A DNA stretch of 62,019 nt, filler included, from Platydemus manokwari (Eukaryota), in the NCBI GenBank assembly GCA_037951405.1. It is 6 parts of 6 records of this genome, joined end to end, with 100 filler letters (N's around TTAATTAATTAA, not from the genome) between each part and the next. Parts side by side here need not be neighbours in the genome. Positions count along the whole stretch, not along the records: positions 21,458 to 33,737 come from JBBMOY010212228.1; positions 33,838 to 43,954 come from JBBMOY011167325.1; 4 more parts are not named here. The stretch is one strand, 5' to 3'. The notes under the pieces were generated by a model that worked only from the letters and a program-made list of their open reading frames with translations, was not told the DNA's origin and made no database searches. A program made the position numbers and the translations under genes. How positions within the stretch are numbered: the first letter of the stretch is position 1; each line of letters begins with the position of its first letter. Positions 26,901 through 39,800 of the stretch are shown piece after piece.

Positions 26901-28324
26901 AGTATTTTTAATTAATTTTCACTTAAATCACAGTAATCTAATCAATAATTTAATAAGCTTTTCATTTTGTCAACTTATTTCGAATGAGACGAAATCTTGC
27001 AAAACAAAAACAGTTTTGTACCTTGAAACCCTTGTTTTAGCACTTTAAGCATATGATAATCTGAAAAAAGACCATATTCTGACACACATGGGGATTGACC
27101 AATCCCGCATATACAAAAACTGATAAGCTCGTTACAATCATGAAAGATTAAAGATCAAATCAAAATGTGAAATAAACGTGACACAAAAATTGCACAGGGA
27201 TCTCAGGTAATAATATTGATCTAAAGATGGCCAACTACCAGTTGAAAGCCAAGTTTTGGTTGTGTTTGAGATATTGTTGATTAGTACTTGCAATAAAAAT
27301 AAAGCTTGAAACCTTCGATTTTCGGTGTCAGCAATTATCAGCTCAACCAAAATTTAGTATCAGCACTTACAAAAATTTCAATAAATATATTTTCTATTCA
27401 CATCTCAACTGATAATATTAATAATATATAATATACTATATAATATTATTAATAATAAAGTCATTAATGTCTACTTCTAGTTATAATGCAATTAAGAATA
27501 TGAAAATCCAAGATTAAAATTTATTTCAAAATAATATGTAATGTAATTTCCAAGTGACATACAGTTGTTAAAAAGGTTATCAAAACCTAAACATTTTTGA
27601 TTAGTTTTCCAAAATTAGGTGATAATGATTATTAGAGATATTATAAAATCATAAATTCATTATAAATAATAATGTGAAGAGGTCAAAATATAAAAATAAA
27701 TAAATAAACTACTTGTTGATGAAAATTAGTCCAATTTCAGAACATCGTTGGCAACATGAGTATCTTGTTTAAGAGATATTTAGGAGCCTTCTCAAAGCTT
27801 TCTATAACGATAGTTGCAAATAGTGGTGGTGGTGGTTTTATATCTTATTTTGGCCGTCTTTAGGCCTCATCATGGGCCTCGGATGTGAGACAGATAGGAC
27901 TGAAAGAAAACGAGAAAACAACTATCCGCTTATATACTAATTCAGATATCAATTCATCAAGTAATCTAAAACCCGGCAAAAAATCAGGTAGAACTCGACG
28001 AGATTTTAAACCGCTGACAGGTAATAAATTTTGATGCATTTTAACCTTCAGAACAAATCCCGTTCAAGCACGAAATCTCAAAAAAATTCAATCTTTAATA
28101 GATTACAGACTGTGCTACAAGTTTGATGGATGATTGAGGCTCAGTCTGATAATTAATTAAAAATAATAATTATATTATAATTAATTATATCAATTAGTAT
28201 AATTAGTTGAAAAATTCTTTCACGCTTTAGGTTACCCATTTTAAATAGATTATGTGCTTTAGATTATTTGTTTTAATCAAATAGACATTATTGTTACATG
28301 CTGTTTTAACTCTGTACCCATTAA

Positions 28325-29253
28325 TTGGGTTGGTGCATTAGTTCGTGCGGTGATTCACAATTATGAAAAATCCATACTGATCGAAAATAAAAACCATGCA
28401 AAAGATTCCAGATAACAAAATTAATTTATGAAATTATTACAAAAAACAAATATCTCTGTCTCAATCGGTGAGATATTCACTGCCACAATCGATCACTTTC
28501 TTCCACCATTCTGGCTGTTTGTCAATCCCACGTTTGAAAAAGCTTGGTGATTTTTGGTCGGAAACTTCTTTAATCCACGTTGTTATTGATTCTTAGTTAT
28601 CAAATGTGAGACTAAAAGATGGTTTGATATGGAGCGGAAAAGATGAAAATTTGTTAGGGCTAAGTCGGGGAATATGGAGGATGAGAAAGGACTTCCCAGA
28701 CAAGCTCTTCAATAGCCAACTTTGTCATTGTGACGACATGAGGCTGATCATTGTCTTGCTGTAATATAATCTGTTTCTTATTGGTCCTCTTCACTTTGAT
28801 TGCAGTGTTTACTCGGTTGAGTTGTTCACAATGAGGTTTGGCATTGATTGTTTTTTTTTCTTATCGAGATTTCGTAACGAACAACACCAACTTGGACCTA
28901 AAAAATACACAACAAGGTTTTGCGTTGGTCAACATCGGACTTAGAGAAGAGTTAAAATAATATTTAATAACCTTGAAAATTTTCACTTGCCTTTATAATT
29001 TTAATTATCGGTAGTTCCGGTTGTTAAATTTCGAAATCCATTTATCCGCTGTTCGTTCATTGATTGTCTTTTCTCAATAAACACAACAAATCATTCTAGT
29101 GGCTTCTGTAGCGTTTAAATGTTGATTAAAATAGAAAATGAGTAGTTACCGGAAATGTTCTTTTTCATGTGACTGAGACACCATTAACTATTGGTGTCCT
29201 GGTCCTTTTTCTTTGGAACGAATAAAACCGCATGAATTTATGCACCAACCAAA
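28325..29253 (-). mobile_element. Internally deleted mariner DNA transposon
   Basis: TIRs TTGGGTTGGTGCATTAGTTCGTGCGG / CCGCATGAATTTATGCACCAACCAAA; Mos1-like HTH start (KEHFR*LLIFYFNQHLNATEATRMIC..W..KF), QQDNDQPH, and HPPYSPDLALTNFHLFRS. Confidence 0.9.
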
Positions 29254-29296
29254 TTTTGCACCAAACTAAATATATATCAATTTCAAAATCATGATT

Positions 29297-29425
29297 TTCA
29301 ACTTTAATGTTCAATTCTAGAAACCGGTCCATAAAGTTGAATATAGCTAAGCTAATTAGTTATAAACTAGCATAACTTTGTTATGTATTGACTTTCCAGA
29401 CTCAAGATTGCAATAAATAAAAAAG
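29297..29425 (+). mobile_element. Penelope-type terminal repeat relic with partial hammerhead
   Basis: GAAACCGGTC flanked by complementary TTCAACTTTA(A)TG / CATAAAGTTGAA; downstream sequence recurs inverted at ~24712-24812. Confidence 0.45.
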
Positions 29426-31519
29426 TAAATTGATTATTGGGCATTGAAGTTGTAAATAACTTCATATATCACAACTTATTTCAGACATTGAATTGATTGA
29501 TTTACTTTATTCCATTATTTTCAAAAGAATTCCCCCAATAAATTTCTACTCAATCAATAAATGGTTTTAGTTTTTTTTCTAATAAAAAATTTCACTTTTT
29601 ACTTTTAATAATTTTCTTTTGCGATCAGATTGAAAATGGATTTATTGGTGATAACTAAATCAATTGGTTTGCTTAGATTTGAATTTTTATCCTTCATTTA
29701 TGGAGCTATCGAATTTTATTTATATTTGTTGTTTTTAGTGCCTGGGGTCGCAGATGATTATTAAATTCACTTCTCTAATTTTAAGCTTTTTAATATGATG
29801 ATTGCTATTACATTTTAACTTTACCTCGTACTTGAACTCCAAGACCATAAAAATCGATCTTAATATAACTCAATTATAGCTGGATATTATTCTTGAGTCA
29901 TTACTTCGTTATTAAAGTGACTTGGTGAAACAGCATGTGACACACACAAACAAGCACACACATTCACACACTTATTTAATTTGTTTTTGTGATAATATGA
30001 TTTTTTTTAATTTAGAATAATACTTTTTTTTCAATATGTCACGTATCATAATTAAAATCGTTATTTAAATTTCTTCTTCAAAAGATTTTTTGTTTGAATA
30101 AATCGATTGCAATTTCAAAGATTAAAACCTAGAACGATTCTTTAAATTTAAATTGAAGCGATTTAGTTTTCGAATTCGAAAAATTTATTTCTTTCTCCAT
30201 ACCAATAATTCGTGGGAGTCAAATTTCTTTGGGGAATTCCCACGAAAAAACTAATTTCATTGAGTGACGATAACCCTACTAACTACTTTTAAATTTGATA
30301 AATTGGATTGAATATATTCACAACAGATCATTCGGATGAAATTGAACTGGGTAGATAATTGCTGAAACACAAACGGACATTTTAATGGATAAAATCCGTT
30401 TGATGGTAAATATTAATGATGTTTCCATTAACAAAATTCTTGGATGTATTTATGATTATTCTTGTTGATCTTCTTATCTTATGTTTATGTGTCAGTCTAC
30501 TTATGATCTGTATGTTTACTTTAAGTGCAATTTTGGCAGAGAATGACTATAAAACGGAGGAGGATATTTTGGAGTCCTCTAAGTTTAATAATTTAAATAA
30601 TAATATAAATTTAGAAAATTTAAAACGAAAAAGTTAACCCAATCACAGACGATTTTGTTGAGTCTTCTTCTGGCTAAAATCTATTTATATTGCTCCAGAT
30701 ATTTAACTTAAAAGACTCACACTGAGCCAGATAAAGTTTATTGAAAAGTTTCTCACCAAAATTGTTGGCAACGAAATCTCCTTCTAATAATTTATTACAT
30801 TAAATTTAATATCCTACTTTTTAATACTTTTCATTTCTTCTCTAAGCCACATCTCACTCACTGCATTCAAATCAAACAATCCGAGACAAAAACATTTCAT
30901 CTTTTTTCTTCTTTTGCCTTGAAATATCGAATCGACTTGTTTTTCGATTTATTTTGTTCCATTTTTCTAACAAACTCCAACGGCGTGTCCCTTATTATCT
31001 TTGTTTTATTATTTTCATATTATTTAACAATTTTTTTTATTTAATGATCTCAGCAAATTAAAATCGAGAACTCAACACAGTTTTAGAAATAATTTTATTC
31101 ACTTTCCTCAATTTTTTCATAGATCATGTACTTATTCACTTAGATTTATTCAAATTTTAAAATTTTAATTGATCTTTTTCATCAAAGTAAGTAACACCAA
31201 TGAAATATAAAGCAATTACTTACACAACGGAAACAAAAGTTCGCTCAAACGCACATCACAATGAAGTTAACTTTTGAATAAAGTAAAATCTGTTTCTGTT
31301 TTCTACGAACAAAGACGATTTGGTGACAAAAACTATCATCACAAGGATACATGACGTGTATAATGAGAAATCTGCATTAGAAACACATACAATTTACTCT
31401 CAGGTTACAGCATTTTACTCGATGATCAGAAGTTATTTAGATCATTTTAATTTATTGCTTTGCGATTATATTCAACAAATGACAATCAAACGTTGCCTGT
31501 GACTTTTGGGTTTTAATCA

Positions 31520-31950
31520 ACAATTAAACCTGAAAATTATATTGACCAAAATTGTACAATCTCAATCTCATAACTACAGTTAAAGCATTTTTTATAATCA
31601 ACGATAATTTATCACACAAGATGGGATCAGCACCCAAAAGACAAAGGCAGAACACAAAACAATCAAATAGACTGGTTACTGAAAATCACACAAAGTTAAG
31701 ATTAATACATAAGTTACCGACCGAACAAGGGTGGCAGTTACTCATGGAACTCAATTTCTTTTACAGACCTGTTAGGCGTGTGGGCTTGCTTTAACGAATT
31801 TTCCTTTGCTATTTGCTGAATTTGTTGGTAAATCTGACTGCTTGAAATTTTCCTCGTATCTCTTATGCTATTGACAGATATTGGAGTTTGTTACCATTTG
31901 TAGGTATGTGTCTGTCCATTGTATACTTCTAAATATAGATAAATATTAGA
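31520..31950 (+). repeat. Dispersed repeat, probably an old LTR-element internal region
   Basis: Homologous to the minus strand of ~44540-44910 (TTATCACACAA..AGTTACTCATGGAA..CTTTTA.AGACCT..). Confidence 0.6.
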
Positions 31951-33737
31951 AAGAATCTGATTGCGTATCGCATTTGTTCATGTAGACCCTTCTTAGGATT
32001 ATTTCCTTGGTTGATTTATGCTCTACCCAACATAGCAATGACTTGATCAGTGAATATCAAGCAAACTAGCGGAGATTTTGGCTCATTGGTTTTTGTTATT
32101 GTCACTTAATGCATTGCTGTATAATTGATTCACATATTTAGCCTTTCTCATTGAGTGAAAATGTTGGTCTATAAAAATGCAAGATCATTCGATCGTTTAT
32201 GACTATTCGCCAGCTGAACAGGCAGAACGAATTAAGTCCTTGAAATCAACATTTTAAATTTTGAACTTGCCATACTAATCACTTTCTTCATTCAGAACAC
32301 AAATATCGCGAGCCATGTCTGCAATCTTAGAACTTTGATTAAAAGCAAAAAGTACTAGTTGCTGAAAATGTTCATTTTCTCAATTGAACTCAAACAAAAA
32401 AACCAAACATGATATTCTGAATGATGTAACGAAAACGTTTAACGGTAATTGAAATTTAATAAAACTTTTGCAAGCCCAATGATTTTCCATTATTATTAAA
32501 AGCAACAATACCTAATGATCCATCTAGTCTGAAAAGTAACTTTTGTGATTATGGATTTAATATTTATTTTCTAAGGCTACTTCGTAGTCTAATCAATTTT
32601 AAATAACGAGAACCTTCCTGCCTTTTCGTCTGTAAGGGTTAGTTTTAGTACTTAGAGGACAAACACTATATATTGCCCCACAGCGTATTTCCTTACACAT
32701 TAAGAGCATCTTGCTGTAATAATAATCAACTTCAAGATTCGCCGTAATATATTATAATATCTTCTTATAATAATTGAGATTACCTGTGTTCATTTTCATG
32801 CTTAATAGTGCTTTATTACTGTTTCCTTTTAGTTATAAAAATCTTCAAAATCAATATCAAACTAAAAATTATAATCATTCAAATGCTCCAAAGGAGCGAT
32901 GAATAAACATATCCTGCCTACTTTAATACAGATAGCTCAAGAGTAGTATTTCTTAGAACCTTGATTCATGAGCAAATTGTTAAAGGATCCAAATTTTGAA
33001 GTATTGAATGATCCATTTAATTTTGAAAATCATTAGATTGAGTACCAATTCCGTTTAAATTCGTCGTGTCTTTGAAGTTCATTGAGTTTTAATAAATGAG
33101 TTATAATAGCGAAGAGAGAATTTACTGAAGACTAGCCTGATTAATCTAGTGGACTTGTTCACCATCTTAAGATATCAAAGACGATGGAAAACGGTGTACG
33201 GTAATTTCTGTATTGCATAACGGAATGCGATCAGCATTTGTTTTCGACATTGAGTTATGCACCAATGCCTGGAAAATGTAACAGCTGCTGTATAATAATA
33301 GTCCTTTCCTCTAACTTGCAAGTGTGATCCAATAAAAATATTAATAAGCATTATGTGCAATGAGTGGCCTTTGTGGATTCAAGTTAAGCAATTCAACAAT
33401 AAGTACACGAATCTATACAGCATGGCTCTGTTTATTTTGCTTGATTTGTTAACTAATAATAGTAATGATTATCATTAGAGTAATAACTGAGAGGATTAAT
33501 TTAAATTAACTGATAATAATTTTAAAGTTTTAAAATAATTTTAATAAACATTTTTAATTAAACTTTAAGATAATAAATTTTAAAAATGACAAATAGTGCT
33601 TTAAAATTTATTGTTTAAAGTAAAATTATTAGAAAATTATTTAAATATTTTTATCTATACCTGATTAAGATTGATATTAAAACTCTAGAAAAGAAATTAT
33701 AATTTGTTTAAAAAATTGTATTAAGTCCTGTAAATAA

Positions 33738-33837
33738 NNNNNNNNNNNNNNNNNNNNNNNNNNNNNNNNNNNNNNNNNNNNTTAATTAATTAANNNNNNN
33801 NNNNNNNNNNNNNNNNNNNNNNNNNNNNNNNNNNNNN
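33738..33837. other. Artificial contig linker
   Basis: N44-TTAATTAATTAA-N44. Confidence 0.98.
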
Positions 33838-36800
33838 ACGATTTCTCCAATAGTTCTCTCTTTACGACTAGCAAGGGATAATTTGAGAGCCTCAAATAAA
33901 TAGTTTTATTAAGTGCTTCAATACTATCCTTAATAAATGATAACTAGAATGAAAATTCTAGAATTTTTAAATTAATATGTTATGATTTTAGAAAAAAATG
34001 ATGAAAATAATATTGTATAATAAAATAATAATTATTATATATAGATTTATCTATTTTGTAGTATAATTATGTTTCCAATATTGATATTAATAATAATAAC
34101 ACTGACGCTAAAAATTCAATCGAACTCTTCTATCATGCTTTTACACTTGGTTAATACTTTAGAAAATCTTTTGTCCTGTAACAAAAGAGATGGTTTTGAC
34201 GGGTATTCTTACAAGAATTATGGGTCTAATCATGTTACAGGAGAAAATCCGCCTAGAAATATTCAAAAACCCCTGACCTGGCGGTAAAGCCTAAACAAAT
34301 TCGGTAATTGAGATAACCCAAATGGTAAGACACTGTCGACGAGTCCTTTTAAAACTTTGACGAGACTTAGAATGTCCAAGTTCAGGGATAACCACCTCAC
34401 TACAGTTAAGCCGAAACTGCAAGGCATGGTAGGCAGAATGGTTACAAACAAATAAAGCTATTGGACATAGTATTGGATAAATACTTATCGGATTACGGTG
34501 TTGTGGAATCTGTGAACTGGAGAGTTGGTAATAGCAAAGGAGTTTAAGAAATAGCTTGCGCAACTTGAATTTAAATAAGAAACCAAATTTCATTAAACTC
34601 GAAGATGAAAGTTTCCAAATGATAAACAGGAAGACACGATAAAACTCAGGAAGGCGATCTCGCATGTGAGGTTACATATCTCGGTCTAAATCAAAAAATA
34701 CAAAAACCCATATAAACGTATCACCTACAGATCTTACAAGAAAAATAGAAGAAAATAATGATATGAGTTTTAAAGAAAAACAGAGAACCCTTATTTCTGC
34801 TACAATCAAGTTTAACAAATCATGGTTTCTGTATATTGACGTCAGATCGCTAAAAGTGAAACTACATCTTAAAGCAAGTTTAGATAAATTCAGAAAAATC
34901 ATTGGAAAAGAGCAAAGGGGAGGAGAATGGAGCAAACAAGTGCTAAGGATACTAACTGTAATTCTAATAATATAACAGCATTAAATAATAACTATGCTAT
35001 AATGAAACTCAAAAATAACCTTCCTGCTTACGGAATAGATGATATGGTTAAAGATAAAGTTATGTAAACCATGAAAGATATCGTTTGGCCAACAAATACA
35101 TTGGATAATGATAAAAGAGTTACATTGGGTAATCTAAGCTCTTACAATGTATTTCATTTAGACAATGAAAACTTTGGACCAAACAAAACAATACAGCTAG
35201 ATCTCCTCTATCGTCATGGATGATAAATAATTCAAAATTATTAGATAAGTTCTATTGCAAGTTCCACTATAGGACCTATAATAATAAGGGCCTTCAAATA
35301 ATAGGACCTACCTTCCCGGTTCATGAAAAATCTTGAATTAGAAAAAGAAAAAATGAAAGACGAAATCAACAAAGCTTTGCAAATCAAGAAAAAATACTAC
35401 ATAAATACTACAGGATGACCATATCTTCTTAGCAGAAATATATATGATGGGCTTATGTTAAAAAGAATTTCAATGTCAAAGTTTTCTAGTACTCGTTCAT
35501 TTTATTGACAAAGCAAATGATATAGAGGAAGGACTCAAAGGAATAAGTCCTACTAAGATTAGACTATGGAAGGCAGGCTACTGATTTTTCAATATATGTT
35601 GAACATCAGCTACAACTTTCATTTCCCGAGAATAAAAATAGAGATAATAAAGAAAAAAGCAAATAATGCGATGTTCGAACATGAATGGAAAATCAAGTGT
35701 GCATACCATATAACCGCCAAATAGACATATTTGAAATCGGGAAATCATTAGCAGACGTACTCGTTAGAGCCAATGAGGAAAAAGGAGGTGAAACCGATAT
35801 GAAATTAAGGAGACTTCTGCATGCAAAATACTATATCACTACAATTCGATGTGATGATAAGAAAATATCTGAAAAATCTTTTGGTATACCAAATGCTTCT
35901 AATCGAATTATCATTACTCAAGCAAATCAAACGGTGGCTGTGGACCATGGAATATAGTAGAGGTATATACGATACAATCGATCACCTACATGTATCATAT
36001 ACTAACGAGCAAACATGATATGATTATGATGACGATACCCATTATGCAAAAAGGATGGGATGAATAAAAAATGTCATGTTCGATAACGTTTCCGTAGTAT
36101 TTTCACTCTTTCAGATGCTGAACCCATTTGATTCTGTGTCAACTTTTACTTTTTTGTTATGCTAATTTCTGGGTTCTGGCTATTTCAGGGTTCTATATTT
36201 GTGTAATTAATGATCTCAACGTTAATATTAGTTTAGTATCAATGAAAACATGATATTAAATCTGAATATTGTAATACCTTCTTATAAACGAGTGACATAA
36301 TAACTGTTTTGGCTTTCAAACCCGTTATTGAAGAGTTGTACATGAATTGTTGATTAAGAAAATTTCGGCTCAAAGAAACAATAAAAATGCAAATCATATA
36401 GAAGAATCCTTGCCATGTATATTCGCTTTTACTATCAATAAATACAATAAAGAGACTGAATGAAATAACATCAATATCTTATGTTGATTGAGAAAATCAA
36501 ACTTCAAAATTGCTGCCTGGAGAAAATTTAACTGATCATAGACGATTTTAATAAGACCTGTTAAAACAAAATTGTAACCCATAGTAAAAAATAACGCCCG
36601 TAAAAATGATGGTTTCATTTTATTGTCATTAGCACTACTTTCTTCTGAATTATTACCAATATCGTCATTTTCAAGTCGTTGATAACCTTTATTTGACTGA
36701 TTTTTGGATTTACTTGATAAATTATTTTACATGATCAATCCAAAAGAAAACATAAATTACTAATATATTGTGCCAGTTCTCTTTATTTCACGTTCCCATT

Positions 36801-39800
36801 CTTTATCCATTATCGGTACTATCTTACTAGTTGAAACATTATGGCTTATCTGATACAAATTTTTTGCTTCAATTGGTCTGCGAAATCCTCTTATAATAAA
36901 TCTAACAGATAAAATAAATATTTTCATTCATATTAAGTCCACCATTAAGACACTCACAAGAAAACCCATGAGAATGTTACCTTAGATAGAAATGAAGCTT
37001 TAATTTCAGGACTTATCTGATAGAAAATATAAAGTTAAAAAATTTCCAATCAAACTATACTGGATATTTCGATTTTGGCATCTCAATGGTGTGGTTATTT
37101 AACAGAGGTCTGTTTTCATCATTCTCAGTTAAATATGAATTCTTATTCCCAATATAAACATGTTTCGATACTACAATATCTGCAAAACAATTAGCAATAA
37201 AAATGATCAACACTAATATGAATTCAATGAGGGATGTAACAAATCGCAAATTGTTTCCTTGATCGATCTGAAAAAGGGAAAAACCAGTAAAACAATTAAA
37301 CAAATCAATAATATAATTCAACATTGTATCTTCGAGATCGGGAATACATTAATATGGTACTGGTGATTAATTGTAGGAACCAATAGATAAACAGAACTCC
37401 CGATGAGTGGACACCTTTGAAAAATGTCAATCGATTAATATAAATCAGGAAAAGCTGAAATAATAATTTAATTAAATATTCTGCAGACAATATTTTTTAA
37501 AAATAATATACATCATCAAAAGAATGACAAATAAATAACGACGATATAGAAATGATAAAAGGAGCAATAGGTCGAATGCGAAGTTACCTCATACTCAAAG
37601 GGGATATAATAAAAACTAGAGAAAACGAAATATGAGTATCAGTAGAAAAGATAAGAGAAATGGTAGAATATACTCACAGATCACTGTGTCATGCAGGAAA
37701 GGAGAAGATCACACAATATTTTTAGAAATAATTTCGATATGAAAGACTTGGGAAAGAAAATAAAAGAAGACATAAGCTAGTGTGAAGGCAGAACCAAAAT
37801 CACTGCATACATATACGGATCATAGGAGGAAACGAAAAGAAGAGTAAAATATATACCAGTTCAATAGATTCATAATACCGAAACTCATTATTATAAAAAA
37901 CGAGAAACAAAGTGTGATTCAAAATCAATGGTTTTAAAATATGGTACACCTAAAGAAATACACATAGAGATGATGGGAAATATTTCTAATAATGGTGAAT
38001 AAGGGATATGACTTTCAAAATGGGAACGGAGTTGATCTTCTCGAGTCACTATCATCACAACGATAACTGAATCATTAAACGACAATTTCGAACGATTAGG
38101 AATCACATATACGCAACGATAAGGGAGAGACAAAATACAAATTGGGCAGGAAGATTACCAAAGATCGAATATATGTTGAATTCGACAATGCAAAAACCAT
38201 CAAGGCCTGTCCAACAGAAGTCTTTCTAGAAAAAAGATAGACAGAAAACAGTGACAAGCAAATAGACAAAGAGATGGAAAAGATCATGATAGATGAACAA
38301 CAATTAAACGCAAATTCAAGGAAGGAAGTAGGGCATTAATAAAGAAAGAAAATAGGAATAAAAATCTGGAAAGAAGCTACCAGCTACAAAATGCAAAAGG
38401 AACAGTATTAACAAGAAATATGGAAAAGATCAAGAATTTTAAAAAAGGGAAGATGTGAGGTTAATTTGAAAACAAACAAAATGATCTTTTAAAAATGCTA
38501 TAATTAATTAAAATTTACATACTATCAAAATTATTTAAAAATTATTTTAAAAATAAATAGACCATATTAATTTTCATAAAAGCTAAGCATCTTGCTAAAC
38601 TTCACTGTTAAACTCTTATTAAAAAATGTAGACAAATCTGATTGCATAAATTCTGATTTCGAAATTTTAAAAACGATGTTTTAAATTTAAAAATTTGTTT
38701 GAAAATGGATGTAACGATAAATATATTAATATTCTGTTTTTTGGTTTATTTTTATTTTATATCAAAAAGTCACTCGTAAAATGAAACCAAATATTATTTA
38801 TTATTACTTGAAATTTTTAATATTACTTCTGACTTATATTATTAGAATGTTTTCATTGTCATCGATGAAATGAATTCTAAGGTATTTATTCTGTTAATAT
38901 TAATCGGAATTCATAGAAAAATATTCACTACCTCAAATATAATAACAAACGCTGACAAATCACCTTTTCGTGTATCTTTAATATATTTTATGTTTCGTTA
39001 TGAATGACTAGTTTCAAGTGCATCGAGAAAATCTATCGATTGGTAAATAATCAGAGAAATACACAAGTGAATCATGTACTGTAAAATTTTGAAGGCCACT
39101 GATATAGTAAAAAATGAAAAAATAACACGGTAAATGATGTTTTAAATATTATTTATACATATTAATACGCTGCTCATCATTTTTTATATCCATCAAAACT
39201 ATAAAATATTGAAAATAATAAATATTTTATTATGGGTTTCAGATCCAATTTCATGAATTATTTTATTGTTATCGTCAATATTTCAGTTAAATTGAAGTTT
39301 ATTTAAGACGGAATTTTATCTTTCGTGTTAACAAATCGATATAATATTAAAATTAATTCTGAATTAAGTTAAAAAAAATCAGAAATGTCATTAAATCTAG
39401 TTGATAGAATCGGTTAGACAATTTCAATTTCATTAAATTGTAATTTAAAAAGAATAAAGCACACAATACTCGCTGTAATTTTCAGCGTTTAATGCAAAAG
39501 TATATATCCCAGATAATAAAATGAGGAATTATATCTCCTGATTTTATGAAACTATTTTAATTGTATAAATATTAGAAATAAATAAAATATAAAATATTTT
39601 AAATTGTTATTTCTCAAAACATTCTTTATAAACTAATATTATTATTATTGTGAGAATTTGAAATTGAATTAAAATTTTTAAAGGCTTAGTTTTGTATAAA
39701 ATTAAATTTGATTTTATAAAAAATATATTAATTTGTTTAAATATTTGCATTTAAAGACATTTTTAGTGTCGCTATTTTCAGTTCGTTTAGTAGGCCACGA

